64,000 nt of DNA from Thermoanaerobaculia bacterium. GTDB lineage: Bacteria > Acidobacteriota > Thermoanaerobaculia > UBA5066. The stretch lies in contig CAWFJJ010000030.1 of the NCBI GenBank assembly GCA_963816185.1, forward strand, positions 352,001-416,000. The letters run 5' to 3'. The stretch's first letter is position 1. Each line of letters opens with the position of its first letter. Position numbers and translations under genes: made by a program. Positions 30,547 to 40,727 of the stretch are shown here, piece by piece. A model generated the notes under the pieces. That model had not been told where the DNA came from and did not search any database. It worked only from the letters and a program-made list of their open reading frames with translations.

Positions 30547-31770
30547 TCAGCGAGACCTCACGACCCACGTGCCGGCCGCGAGATCCTGGAAGGCGCGCTT
30601 CTCCTTCTCGAAGAACGCCCATACCCAGCCGAGGCCGAGCGGAAGGCCCGCGAGCACGAGGACGACTGCGCGGATGAGGGCGGCTTTCCAGCCGATACCA
30701 CGCCCTCCGATCTCGCCGCGCTTGACGACCGTGAGGCCGAGCAGGGACTTGCCCGGCGTGCGTCCGCGCCACGCCCAGCCGCCCACGACGTAAAGCGCGT
30801 TCGCGAGCACGGCGAGCAGGATCGAAAGGGCCGTGACGCCGCGAAACGCCCAGTCGGGGGCCGCATCGCGCGTCTGAAGCTCCGTGCGGAAATAGTCGAT
30901 GAGGAAAACCGGCGCGAACAGGAGAAGATTGATGGCGGTCAGGATGACGGCGTCGACGAGCGCCGCGAGAAGACGCGCAAACGGATTCGCGGCGTTCCGA
31001 GGCCCCTCGTTGAACGCCGGAGCGCGCCTTTCGCGAAAAGCCGCCACGCGCTCGAGCGAGGCGGGGCGAGGAGGAGGCGCCTGGGACGCGCTCATCTGGA
31101 TCGAGATGTCCTCGAGCGGTCGCGGGGCGATCGCCGAGACGAACGGGGCCGCGGGTTCGGGAGCGGGAATGGAGCCGGGCGGCGGCGCGACGGTCGAGAC
31201 GTCGTCGGGCGGCCGAAGCGCCGCGGGGAACGCTTCCCGGAAACCTGAGCCCGCTCGCGGCGCGCCGGCTTTCTTGTCCACGTCCCGGAACAGCTCCGAG
31301 GCTGACATTCCGTCCGGCCCGAACGCCGAAGGTGCCGGGGCCGCCGCGCCCGGATCCGTGGCACCGGGAACCGGGTCGAAGGTGACCCCGGAAGGAGGCT
31401 TCGACGCCGCGGCAGGCGCCTGGGGCGGCAGCGCGTCGGCCCCGAGGAGCGCGGTGCGCTCCGAGGGCACGCTCGGCGGAACGATGCGCAGGTCGATGAC
31501 CGCCGCGCCGAGCTGGACGCGGTCGCCGTTCTGGAGCCGCGTTTCGCGCGAGATTCTCTTCCCTCCCACGTACGTGCCGTTCGAGGAGTTGAGGTCCTTG
31601 ACGACGGCTTCGCCGCGATTCAGGGTGAGCAGCGCGTGCGACCGCGAGACGGACTCGTGCTCGAGGCGCACGGTCGACGTCCGGCTGCGGCCGAGCGTCG
31701 CCTCGCCGTCCAGAAGGTCGATCTCACGGCCCTCCGCCGAGAGCACATACCGGAAGACATCGTTCGTCAC
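30547..31770 (-). CDS. FHA domain + Pro-rich linker + RDD membrane domain protein
   Basis: LGRS..VSRSHA..DLNSSNGTYV (FHA); RLLAALVD..GRTPGK..QDLAAGTWVV (RDD); GTGA overlap with the uvrA stop. Confidence 0.88.
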   Translation of the reverse strand: MTNDVFRYVLSAEGREIDLLDGEATLGRSRTSTVRLEHESVSRSHALLTLNRGEAVVKDLNSSNGTYVGGKRISRETRLQNGDRVQLGAAVIDLRIVPPSVPSERTALLGADALPPQAPAAASKPPSGVTFDPVPGATDPGAAAPAPSAFGPDGMSASELFRDVDKKAGAPRAGSGFREAFPAALRPPDDVSTVAPPPGSIPAPEPAAPFVSAIAPRPLEDISIQMSASQAPPPRPASLERVAAFRERRAPAFNEGPRNAANPFARLLAALVDAVILTAINLLLFAPVFLIDYFRTELQTRDAAPDWAFRGVTALSILLAVLANALYVVGGWAWRGRTPGKSLLGLTVVKRGEIGGRGIGWKAALIRAVVLVLAGLPLGLGWVWAFFEKEKRAFQDLAAGTWVVRSR

Positions 31771-34700
31771 CGTGATGGAAATTGTACCCGGCCCCGGAGC
31801 GCATCGGCCGTCGGAGTTCCGCCCCAGGCCCTGAGGGCCGCCGGAGAGCCCGAAAATACGACGCGGCCCCCCGCCGGGCCGCCGCCGGGCCCGAGCTCGA
31901 TCAGGCTGTCGGCGCGGGCGAGGAAGCCCGTGTGGTGCTCCACGGCCACGATCGAATGTCCCGCCCGAAGGAGCCTCCGGAAGACCGCGAGCAGCACGTC
32001 CACGTCGGAAGGTGCGAGTCCCGTCGTGGGCTCGTCGAAGATGAAGAGCACCGGCTCGTCCGGGCCGCCGCCCTTCAGGAACGAGGCGATCTTCAGCCGC
32101 TGCGCCTCGCCGCCCGAAAGCGTTCCCGTGGACTGGCCGAGCGTCAGGTAGGAGAGCCCTGCTTCCGCGAGAGGCTGGAGCCGGTCCGAGATGGCCCGCA
32201 CGTCGGCGAAGAGCTCGCGCGCCTCCTCGACAGTCGTGGCGAGAAGCTCGTCCACGTTCCGGCCCCGCAGCCTCACCGCGAGCACCTCGGGCTTGAACCG
32301 TCTCCCGTCGCACACGTCACACACGACCGTCACGTCGGCGAGGAACTGCATGTCGACGTTCACCACGCCGGCGCCCTCGCAGCGCTCGCACCTTCCACCG
32401 GGCGCGTTGAAGCTGAAAGCGCCCTTCTCCAGGCCGCGCGCCTTCGCGGCTGGCGTGCGCGCGAGAAGCGTCCGGATCTCGTCCCAGGCTTTCGTGTAGG
32501 TGGCCGCGTTCGAGCGAGAAGAGCGCCCCAGCGGCGACTGGTCCACGAGGATGACATCCGAGACCACGTCGAGCCCCTCGATCGCGTCGTGGGCGCCGAC
32601 CTCGTCCACGCCCGGGAGGAGCCCCTTCCCCATGCGCTGCCGGGCGCCGGCCGCGAGCACGTCCACGACGAGCGACGACTTCCCCGAGCCCGACACGCCC
32701 GACACGGCGACGAGCTGGTGAAGGGGGAAGTCGACGGATATGTTCTGAAGATTATTTGCTCGCGCACCCACGACACGGAGCGCTTCGACGGGACTCAGTT
32801 GCAGACGGCCAGAAGGTAGTTTCTTAGAAGGTGAATATGGGCCGGGGCTCTCGGTGGCGACGCGCGCGCCGACTCCGACACCCGGCTCGAGCGCCGGAGA
32901 GCTCATACCCCCTTCTAAGAAAGCGCCGAAGGCGCTCGGCATTTCCGCCGCCATGAGTTCACCCGCATCGGAGAGCCCGTACGGTCTGTTTCCTTCCGAA
33001 GCAAGAATTCCTTTCCTTTCCTCGGTCTCCCTCCTCAACGATCTCCCGGTAACCGTGTCTGCCTCTTCCAGCTCTTCCGGCGTCCCCTCGAACACGAGCC
33101 GCCCGCCGCGCGCTCCCGCGCCCGGCCCGAGATCGATGACGTGGTCGGCCGCGCGGATGACGTCCGTGTCGTGCTCGACGGCGACGACGGCGTTGCCGCC
33201 CGCCGCAAGTCGCTCGAGAACGCCGAGGAGCCGGTGCGTGTCGCGGGGATGGAGGCCGACCGTAGGCTCGTCGAGGACGTAGAGCGTGCCGGTGAGGGCG
33301 TTGCCGATCGCCGCTCCGAGCTGGATCCGCTGGGCTTCGCCGCCCGAGAGCGTGCGCATCGTGCGTGCGAGCGTGAGGTACCCGAGCCCGATCTCGACGA
33401 GCGTTCCGACGCGCCGCCGGAGGTCCTCGACGAGCGACGCTCCCCGCGCGCGTTCCTGCACGCCGGGGAGAGCTCCCGCCAGAAAGATGAGCAGCTCGTC
33501 GAGCGTGAGCGCGGCGACGTCCGCGATCGTCTTGCCCGCGAGCGTGACCGCGAGGGCCTCGCTCCTCAGGCGCGCTCCGCCGCAGGAGGGACACGGCGTG
33601 TAGCCGCGATACCGCGACAAGAGGACCCGGACGTGTACCTTGTACCGCTTCTTCTCGAGGTACTTGAAGAGCCCCTCGACGCCGTACCACTCGCCCGAGC
33701 CCTTCCAGACGACGTCGCGCTCCCGCGGTGTCAGGTCGTTCCACGGCACGTCCCACCGCAGCTTGTGGCGCCGCGAAACCGCCTTCAGATCGTCGTAGGC
33801 GCTCTCATACGCGGGCGAATTGAACGGCGCGATCGGCCGCTCGCGGAGCGACTTCCTCCCGTCCGGGATGACGCGCGCCGCGTCGATGCCCGTCACGCGC
33901 CCGAAGCCCTGGCACGTCTCGCACGCGCCACGCGGCGAGTTGAAGGAAAAGAGGGCCGGAACGGGATCCTGGAACGAGCGGCCGCAGACATCGCACGAGA
34001 GACCCCGGCGAAAGCGGCGCGCCGAGGCAAGGTCCTTTCCGGCCTCGAGAACCAGGAGCTCACTGTCCGCGGCGTCGAATGCCATCGAAAGTGAAGAGAG
34101 AATTTCCGGATCGTCCGCGCGAAGGACGTGGCGGCCGATCAGCAGTGGAAACGCGTCCCGATACGCCGCCTCCCCCATCTCCTTTTCATTCGAAGAGATT
34201 TCCAGAACGTCTCCCGAAGCGGAGACATAGCGGTAAAAGCCGAGCCGTCTCCATTCCGCACTCTCCGCCTCGAACGACTGAACTCTCTTTGGCGCGATCA
34301 CGAGCAGCCGCGCTCCCTCGCCGAAGGACTCGAGGAGAGCCTCGCGGACGCTCTCGGCCGTATGCCGGCGCACGGGCGTCCCATCGTCCGGGCAGCGCAG
34401 CGTTCCCGCGGCCGCGTAGAGGAGGCGGAGGACGTCGTGGATCTCGGTCGCGGTCCCGACCGTGGACCGGGCCGAGCGCGCGGGCGCCTTCTGCTCGATC
34501 GCGAGCGCGGGCAGGACGTGCTCGATGAGGTCGACGTCGGGGCGCTCGAGCCTCTCGAGGTATTGCCGCGCATACGTGGACATGGACTCCACGAACCGGC
34601 GCTGGCCTTCGGCGTAGAGCGTGTCGAACGCGAGCGAGGACTTCCCCGAGCCGGAAGGGCCGGTGACGACCGTGAGCGCGCCCACCGGAAAAGCGCACGT

Positions 34701-34781
34701 CACGTTCTTGAGGTTGTGCGTACGTGCGTTCACGACCGTGATCGCAGACGCGGCGCGCGACGCGGGGCGCGCGTCGCTCAC
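31767..34781 (-). CDS. uvrA: Excinuclease ABC subunit A-family protein (UvrA/UvrA2-like)
   Basis: THNLKN, GPSGSGKSSLAFDTLYAEGQRR, zinc-finger Cys pairs, two LSGGEAQR motifs, GVSGSGKS; GTG 34781 overlaps the upstream stop. Confidence 0.92.
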   Translation of the reverse strand: MSDARPASRAASAITVVNARTHNLKNVTCAFPVGALTVVTGPSGSGKSSLAFDTLYAEGQRRFVESMSTYARQYLERLERPDVDLIEHVLPALAIEQKAPARSARSTVGTATEIHDVLRLLYAAAGTLRCPDDGTPVRRHTAESVREALLESFGEGARLLVIAPKRVQSFEAESAEWRRLGFYRYVSASGDVLEISSNEKEMGEAAYRDAFPLLIGRHVLRADDPEILSSLSMAFDAADSELLVLEAGKDLASARRFRRGLSCDVCGRSFQDPVPALFSFNSPRGACETCQGFGRVTGIDAARVIPDGRKSLRERPIAPFNSPAYESAYDDLKAVSRRHKLRWDVPWNDLTPRERDVVWKGSGEWYGVEGLFKYLEKKRYKVHVRVLLSRYRGYTPCPSCGGARLRSEALAVTLAGKTIADVAALTLDELLIFLAGALPGVQERARGASLVEDLRRRVGTLVEIGLGYLTLARTMRTLSGGEAQRIQLGAAIGNALTGTLYVLDEPTVGLHPRDTHRLLGVLERLAAGGNAVVAVEHDTDVIRAADHVIDLGPGAGARGGRLVFEGTPEELEEADTVTGRSLRRETEERKGILASEGNRPYGLSDAGELMAAEMPSAFGAFLEGGMSSPALEPGVGVGARVATESPGPYSPSKKLPSGRLQLSPVEALRVVGARANNLQNISVDFPLHQLVAVSGVSGSGKSSLVVDVLAAGARQRMGKGLLPGVDEVGAHDAIEGLDVVSDVILVDQSPLGRSSRSNAATYTKAWDEIRTLLARTPAAKARGLEKGAFSFNAPGGRCERCEGAGVVNVDMQFLADVTVVCDVCDGRRFKPEVLAVRLRGRNVDELLATTVEEARELFADVRAISDRLQPLAEAGLSYLTLGQSTGTLSGGEAQRLKIASFLKGGGPDEPVLFIFDEPTTGLAPSDVDVLLAVFRRLLRAGHSIVAVEHHTGFLARADSLIELGPGGGPAGGRVVFSGSPAALRAWGGTPTADALRGRVQFPSR
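32820..32922. repeat. Inverted-end dispersed element, copy B, inside the uvrA coding sequence
   Basis: TTTCTTAGAAGG (32820-32831) and CCTTCTAAGAAA (32911-32922); translated as FLEGGM..PYSPSKK in the inter-ABC linker. Confidence 0.75.
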
Positions 34782-35353
34782 CGCGAGAACACCGCGAGCT
34801 GGTTCAGGCCGAGGAGAAAACGCCGGTAGAGGACGAGGGAGACGCCAGCCGAACGGCCCGCCTCCTCGAGGGCCGCCCGGCCCAGAAGCGTCTCGTGCTC
34901 GTCGCGGGCGTGCGGCGAGAGGAGGCCGAGGGCCGCGCCCGCCTCCAGGGGCCAGCGGCCGATCGGATGGGGGGTCGTCGCGATCAGGCGGCCCCCCGGA
35001 GAGAGAAGCGGAGAGAGCCGGGAGAGGACGGCGGCAGGGTCCGCGACGTGCTCGAGGACGGCGAGCAGAAGGATTCCTTCGAATGGTCCTTCGCGGACGA
35101 GCGGCGGCGGCGCCTCGGCGCGGGCAATATCCCATTCGAAGAAATCTCTGTTTGGAAATTTCCCGCGCTGGGCCGCCAGCACGTCCGCGTCGCGGTCGCA
35201 TCCGAAATAGACGGGGACGAGGGCTGCGAGGTCCGTCAGCCCGCACCCGACGTCGAGGACGCGCGCGCCGGGAGGCACGTGCGGAAGCGCGGCTGCAAGG
35301 CGCGCCGCCCCGACGCGCACCGTGAGACGTCCGTAGAAAGGCGAGCGCGGCAC
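34778..35353 (-). CDS. Class I SAM-dependent methyltransferase
   Basis: VLDVGCG, AVLEHVADP, LSPGGRLI. Confidence 0.85.
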   Translation of the reverse strand: MPRSPFYGRLTVRVGAARLAAALPHVPPGARVLDVGCGLTDLAALVPVYFGCDRDADVLAAQRGKFPNRDFFEWDIARAEAPPPLVREGPFEGILLLAVLEHVADPAAVLSRLSPLLSPGGRLIATTPHPIGRWPLEAGAALGLLSPHARDEHETLLGRAALEEAGRSAGVSLVLYRRFLLGLNQLAVFSR

Positions 35354-35393
35354 CGCGGGGTTTTACACCCTCCAACGTAAGATCGTAGGCCGA

Positions 35394-35879
35394 ATGAGCA
35401 AGGCCCCGTTCACCCTTCGCGAGGCGCGGCCGTCGGACGTGGACGCAATCGTCTCCCTGATCCGCGCCCTCGCCGAGTACGAGAGACAGCCGGAGGATTG
35501 CCACGCCGACGCGAAGCTCCTCGAGGAGCATCTCTTCGGAGAAAAGCGTTTCGCCGAAGTCGTTCTCGCGGAAATGAACGGTGAGACGGTCGGCTTCGCG
35601 CTTTTCTTCCACAACTACTCGACCTGGCTCACGCGGCCCGGCCTCTATCTCGAAGATCTTTTCGTGACGCCCGAACGCCGGGGGCTCGGCATCGGCGAGG
35701 CGCTCCTGACGCATCTCGCGCGGCTGGCGGTGGCCCGCGGCTGCGGGCGAATGGAGTGGAGCGTGCTCACGTGGAACGAGCCGGCGATCCGTTTCTACCT
35801 TCGGCTCGGGGCGGTTCCGATGGAGGGGTGGCAGGTCTACCGGCTCGCCGGAGACGCGCTCGCCCGTCTCGGGCGATAA
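35394..35879 (+). CDS. GNAT acetyltransferase (SSAT/diamine acetyltransferase-like)
   Basis: ALAEYE, FFHNYSTW, LYLEDLFV, RGLGIG, WNEPAIRFY. Confidence 0.92.
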   Translation: MSKAPFTLREARPSDVDAIVSLIRALAEYERQPEDCHADAKLLEEHLFGEKRFAEVVLAEMNGETVGFALFFHNYSTWLTRPGLYLEDLFVTPERRGLGIGEALLTHLARLAVARGCGRMEWSVLTWNEPAIRFYLRLGAVPMEGWQVYRLAGDALARLGR

Positions 35880-35883
35880 TCCG

Positions 35884-37674
35884 GTGGACTCCGAGGTCAA
35901 GACCGTGCAGAAGAGCCGATCACAGACGGACACGCAACCCATCCGCGTCCGCGAAGGACGGAAGGGATCGGGCGTCATCAGGCGTCCCGTGTCCCTGCTC
36001 ATCGATTCTCCCGACCCCACGGCTCTCTTCGACCGCACGGGCCGCGTCCTTCTCGCAAACGAGGCCGCACTCGCCGAAGGCACGCCCGGCCCCGGCAATC
36101 TCGACGAGGCGCCCGGGAGCTCACCGCCGTTCTGGATCACGCCGCCGGGGCGCGACAGCCTCATCGAGGCCGCGGCGAGCCCCGAAGGAGCGAAGAACTT
36201 CGAGGTCCGGATCCCGGCAGGACCCGAGACGGGCGAGCGCGTGTTCTGGGTGACGACGCGCCTCGCCTCGCAGGCGGCCGAAGGGGGATTCATCGCCGCG
36301 GCCCGCGAGGTGACCGGCGCAGCCGGTGAGAAGCTCCGCACCGACTCGGCGGACACCGTGACCGAGCCCGCCGACGCGCTGACGGGCTTCGCGAACCGTG
36401 AGCAGTTTCACTTCGAGCTCGAGCGCGAGCTGGCCCGCGCGGACCTTTTCGGAAGGCCGCTTGCTCTCATCGTCATCGGGCTCGACAACTTCAAGACCTT
36501 GAACGACACCCACGGGCTTCGCGCGGGAGACGAGTATCTCCGCTCCATGGCCGAGACTTTCCGCGGCACCCTCCTCGGGGGAGAGACCGCCGGCCGAGTG
36601 GGGGGCGACGAGATCGCGGTCCTGCTTCCCGGCGCCTCCGCGGCCGAAGCCGCGCCGCGCGCCGAGACCCTCATCGCGCTCATTCGCCGGATGGCGCCCC
36701 TGTGGGAGGGCAATTCGCTCACGCTCACCGCGAGCGCGGGCGTCGCCGTGTTTCCCGAACACGCGGGCGGCGCCGCGGACCTGTTCCTCGCGGCCGACCT
36801 CGCGATGCATCAGGCCAAGCGCCGCGGCGGCGGCCGCGTGCGCCTTCACGACCCGTCGGACCGCGAGCGGGACCGCACCGGTCGGCTCCGCGAGCAGTCG
36901 AACCGCATCCGCGCGTCGCTGGCCGAGTCGCGCTTCGTCCCCTACTTTCAGCCCGTGGCCGAGGTCGGAAGCGGTCGCATCGTGGCCGTCGAGACGCTCG
37001 CCCGCATGCGGGAGTCCGACGGACGCATCGCGCTTCCCGCCGAGTTTCTCGGAGCCGCCGAGCGCTTCGGCATCGTGACGGCGATCGACCGCGCCATCAT
37101 CGCGGCCGCCTTCGACGCCCTCGCGGCGGCCCGCAAGCGCATCAGCCCCGAGCTCGAGATCGGCATCAACCTCTCGGGCCTGGACTTCGACGACGACACG
37201 CTCGTCGCCGACATCTCGCGGATGGCCCGAGCCAAGGGCATCCGCCCGGAGCGCGTCACGTTCGAGATCACCGAGACGGCCGCGCTGCGCGACTTCGACC
37301 GCGTGCGGGACTTCACGCTCGCGCTCACGGGAGAGGGCTTCCACTTCGCGCTCGACGACTTCGGCATGGGCTTCTCCTCGTTCCGCTATCTCCGCGAGCT
37401 GCCCGTCTCCTCTCTCAAGCTCGACATCAGCTACGTGAGGGACCTCCCGAAGGACAAGGCGAACCGCGTCTTCGTGCGGGGCATGGCGGGCATCTGCCGC
37501 GGCCTCGGCGTCAAGACCGTGGCCGAGGGCGTGGAATCGGAGGAAGTCCTCGACCTCCTGCCCGAGCTCGGCGTGGACCGGGCCCAGGGGTGGCACGTGG
37601 GCTATCCGTCGCCGGACCTTCCGGTCGTCGAAACCGGCGCGAGTCTCATCCTGCCGCGGAGGCCGCGGCCCTGA
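35884..37674 (+). CDS. PAS-like + GGDEF + EAL c-di-GMP enzyme
   Basis: DALTG, RVGGDEI, FQP..ETLAR, FEITE, LDDFGMGFSS, VAEGVE. Confidence 0.88.
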   Translation: MDSEVKTVQKSRSQTDTQPIRVREGRKGSGVIRRPVSLLIDSPDPTALFDRTGRVLLANEAALAEGTPGPGNLDEAPGSSPPFWITPPGRDSLIEAAASPEGAKNFEVRIPAGPETGERVFWVTTRLASQAAEGGFIAAAREVTGAAGEKLRTDSADTVTEPADALTGFANREQFHFELERELARADLFGRPLALIVIGLDNFKTLNDTHGLRAGDEYLRSMAETFRGTLLGGETAGRVGGDEIAVLLPGASAAEAAPRAETLIALIRRMAPLWEGNSLTLTASAGVAVFPEHAGGAADLFLAADLAMHQAKRRGGGRVRLHDPSDRERDRTGRLREQSNRIRASLAESRFVPYFQPVAEVGSGRIVAVETLARMRESDGRIALPAEFLGAAERFGIVTAIDRAIIAAAFDALAAARKRISPELEIGINLSGLDFDDDTLVADISRMARAKGIRPERVTFEITETAALRDFDRVRDFTLALTGEGFHFALDDFGMGFSSFRYLRELPVSSLKLDISYVRDLPKDKANRVFVRGMAGICRGLGVKTVAEGVESEEVLDLLPELGVDRAQGWHVGYPSPDLPVVETGASLILPRRPRP

Positions 37675-37718
37675 TCCGTCCGCGGCGGGGCCCCGCGGGG
37701 CGCGCGTCGGGCCTCGCA

Positions 37719-39380
37719 GTGGACGCCCTGCTCTTCGTCGTGCTCGGCGCGCTCGTCGCGGGCGTCGTCTCCCTCGCCCAGCGCTGGCACGCGCCGATCC
37801 GACCGGCGGTCGAGATCGACCTTTCTCCTTCGGCGCTGCCCCTCTACACGCTTCTCTCGCTCTCGCGCGGGTTCGCGGCGTACGTGCTTTCCCTCGCGTT
37901 CACGCTCGTCTACGGCACGATCGCCGCGCACGACAGACGCGCCGAGAAAGTGATGCTGCCGCTCCTCGACATCGGGCAGGGAATTCCGGTGCTCGGATTC
38001 CTCCCGGGCCTCGTCCTCGGCATGGTCGCGCTCTTCCCGAAGACGAACGTCGGCCTCGAGCTCGCCTGCATCCTCATGATCTTCACGGCACAGGTCTGGA
38101 ACATGACGTTCTCGTACGTAGGCTCGCTGCGCTCGATTCCGGAAGAGCTCCGCGAAGTCGCGCGCCTCCATCGCTTCTCATTCTGGAAGCGCTTCCGGAC
38201 TTTGGAAGTGTCGGCCTCGGTGATCGGCCTCGTGTGGAACTCGATGATGTCCATGGCGGGCGGCTGGTTCTTCCTCACGGTCAACGAGGCGTTCACGCTC
38301 GGCGACCGCGACTTCCGCCTGCCGGGGATCGGCTCGTACATGGCCGTCGCGATCGAGAAGGGCGACCGGCGGGCCATGGCGTGGGCGATCGTCGCGATGA
38401 CGGTCATGATCGTGGCCGTCGATCAGGTCCTCTGGCGCCCGCTCGTCGCGTGGTCGCAGCGTTTTCGCATGGCGGACGTCGAGGGAGAGGACGCGCCGGA
38501 GTCTTGGGTGCTGAACCTCCTGCGCCGTTCGAGGTTCCTGCGCAGGATGCGCCTGAGGAGGAGGCGGCGCCCGCGGACGCCGGCTCCGCCGGCGAGCGCG
38601 GGGACGGTGCCGAGCGGCGCGGGTGAGCGCGCCCGGGCGGCCCTCGTCTCCGGGCTCGGGATCGCTGCCTTCCTCGCAGCGCTCCTCGGAGCGTGGAAGC
38701 TCGTCGGGCTTCTCGCCCGCGTTCCAGCCGCCAAATGGCTCGTCCTCGCCGGCGCCGTCGGCGCGACGAGCGTCAGGACCTTCTCCGCCCTCGCGCTCGC
38801 GGCCGCCTGGACGCTGCCGCTCGGAATCCTGATCGGCCGTTCGGCCGTCTGGTCACGCCGGCTGCAGCCCGTCGTTCAGATCGTGGCGTCTTTTCCGGCA
38901 CCCATGCTCTTCCCGATCGTGACGGGCGTTCTTCTCGCGCTGCGGGTGCCGTTCGGCGCCATCGCGGCCGTGCTCATGCTCCTCGGCGCCCAGTGGTACA
39001 TCCTCTTCAACGTGCTCGCGGGCGCAAGCGCGATCCCGCACGACCTCGACGAAGCAGCCGACGTCTATGCGATGAAGGGCGGAACGCGCTGGCGGACGTT
39101 GTTCGTCCCCGCGGTGTTCCCGTTCCTCGTCACCGGGCTCGTGACGGCCGCCGGCGGCGCGTGGAATGCCTCGATCGTGGCCGAGACATTGAACTGGCGC
39201 GGGAAGACGCTCGAGGCGTTCGGGCTCGGCTCCCTCATCACGAGAGCCACGCGCGAAGCCGACTTCCCGCTCCTGACGGCCGGGGTCCTCACGATGTCTC
39301 TCGCCATCGTCGCCCTCAACCGCCTCGTCTGGAAGCGGCTCTACCGCCTCGCCGAGACGAAGTACAGTCTCAACCGATGA
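37719..39380 (+). CDS. NitT/TauT-type ABC permease with two TM modules (start uncertain)
   Basis: LDIGQGIPVLGF, WNSMMSMAGGWFFL, GAQWYILFNV, GGAWNASIVAE. Confidence 0.85.
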   Translation: MDALLFVVLGALVAGVVSLAQRWHAPIRPAVEIDLSPSALPLYTLLSLSRGFAAYVLSLAFTLVYGTIAAHDRRAEKVMLPLLDIGQGIPVLGFLPGLVLGMVALFPKTNVGLELACILMIFTAQVWNMTFSYVGSLRSIPEELREVARLHRFSFWKRFRTLEVSASVIGLVWNSMMSMAGGWFFLTVNEAFTLGDRDFRLPGIGSYMAVAIEKGDRRAMAWAIVAMTVMIVAVDQVLWRPLVAWSQRFRMADVEGEDAPESWVLNLLRRSRFLRRMRLRRRRRPRTPAPPASAGTVPSGAGERARAALVSGLGIAAFLAALLGAWKLVGLLARVPAAKWLVLAGAVGATSVRTFSALALAAAWTLPLGILIGRSAVWSRRLQPVVQIVASFPAPMLFPIVTGVLLALRVPFGAIAAVLMLLGAQWYILFNVLAGASAIPHDLDEAADVYAMKGGTRWRTLFVPAVFPFLVTGLVTAAGGAWNASIVAETLNWRGKTLEAFGLGSLITRATREADFPLLTAGVLTMSLAIVALNRLVWKRLYRLAETKYSLNR

Positions 39381-40726
39381 GCGCCCGTCCGGCCCCTGCC
39401 CCTGCGCCGCCGATCGCCGCCGTCCGCGGCGTGGACAAGGCCTACGCCGACGACGCGGGGCGCACGCGCACCATCCTGAAGAACATCGACTTCGAGGTGC
39501 GCGCGGGCGAGGTCGTTGCCATCCTCGGTCCTTCGGGCTGCGGGAAGTCCACACTTCTGCGAATCCTCATCGGCCTGATTCCGCCGAGCGCGGGCCGCGT
39601 GGAGCAGCACGGGGTGCCTCTCGAGGGCATCCACTCGGGTACGGCCGTCGTGTTCCAGAACTTCGCGCTCTTCCCCTGGCTGACCGTGGAGGAGAACGTG
39701 CGAGTGGGTCTGAACGGCAGGCCCCTGCCGCCGTCCCAGGCCGAGGGGCGCGTGAAGGCCTCGCTGAAGGCCGTCGGCCTGGAAGGGCACGAGCGCGCCT
39801 TCCCGAAGGAGCTTTCGGGCGGCATGAAGCAGCGCGTCGGAATCGCCCGCGCGCTGGTGGGCCGGCCGGAGCTCCTCTGCATGGACGAGCCTTTCTCGGC
39901 CCTCGACATCCTTACGGCAGAGCTGCTTCGCACCGAGGTCTACCGGCTCTTCACCGAGCGCGCGAGCGGCCTTTCCTCGGTCATCCTCATCACGCATCTC
40001 ATCGAGGAAGCCGTCTTCCTCGGAGACCGCATCGTGATCATGGGCGCGGATCCCGGCACGGTGCGCCGCGAGATCGTCAACACCGTGCCCCACCCGCGCG
40101 AGTACCGCAGAGACGATTTCCTCCGGATGGTCGAGCGGATCCACGACATCGTCGCGGGCGTCCACCTGCCCGAGATCGAGCAAATCGAGCCCGCGGCCCC
40201 CGCGCTGCCCGGACGCCGCCGGGCGGGTCCCGTCGCCCCTCTTCCGGCCGTGCCCATGGGCGAGATCCTCGGCCTCCTCGAGATCCTCGCCGACCACGAC
40301 GGCACCATGAACCTCTTCGACATCGACGCCATCACCGACTACGACTTCGGGCGGACGATCGCCGTCGCGAAGGCCGCCGAGATGCTCGACCTCGTCGACA
40401 CCCCGAAGAACGACGTCGTGCTGACGGATTTCGGCCGGAAGATGATCCGCGCCTCGGCCGCCGAACGGCCTGCCCTGCTCCGGGCCGAGCTCCTCACCCT
40501 CGGAACGTTCTGCCTCGTCATCCGGGAGCTCGCGAAGGAGCCCGACACGCCCGCCGCCGGAGACGCGCTGCGCGACCTCCTCGCCGAGCGCCTGCCGACC
40601 GTGGACGCTTCCGAGCTCTTCGAGACCCTCCTCAGCTGGGGCCGCGCGGGACAGCTCTTCGAATACGACGCGGCGGCCGACACGATCGCGCTTTTCTCGG
40701 GGCGGGAGGAAGGGACCGGAGGCTGA
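39377..40726 (+). CDS. NitT/TauT-type ABC ATPase with C-terminal AAA-associated domain
   Basis: GPSGCGKS, LSGGMKQRV, MDEPFSALD; C-terminal LLSWGRAGQLFEYD. Confidence 0.9.
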   Translation: MSARPAPAPAPPIAAVRGVDKAYADDAGRTRTILKNIDFEVRAGEVVAILGPSGCGKSTLLRILIGLIPPSAGRVEQHGVPLEGIHSGTAVVFQNFALFPWLTVEENVRVGLNGRPLPPSQAEGRVKASLKAVGLEGHERAFPKELSGGMKQRVGIARALVGRPELLCMDEPFSALDILTAELLRTEVYRLFTERASGLSSVILITHLIEEAVFLGDRIVIMGADPGTVRREIVNTVPHPREYRRDDFLRMVERIHDIVAGVHLPEIEQIEPAAPALPGRRRAGPVAPLPAVPMGEILGLLEILADHDGTMNLFDIDAITDYDFGRTIAVAKAAEMLDLVDTPKNDVVLTDFGRKMIRASAAERPALLRAELLTLGTFCLVIRELAKEPDTPAAGDALRDLLAERLPTVDASELFETLLSWGRAGQLFEYDAAADTIALFSGREEGTGG

Positions 40727-40727
40727 C

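Noticed and set aside
34782-36356. Apparent 500-aa N-terminal extension of UvrA (1529-aa ORF)
   Set aside because: Overlaps the methyltransferase, GNAT and GGDEF-EAL genes; GTG at 34781 fits better
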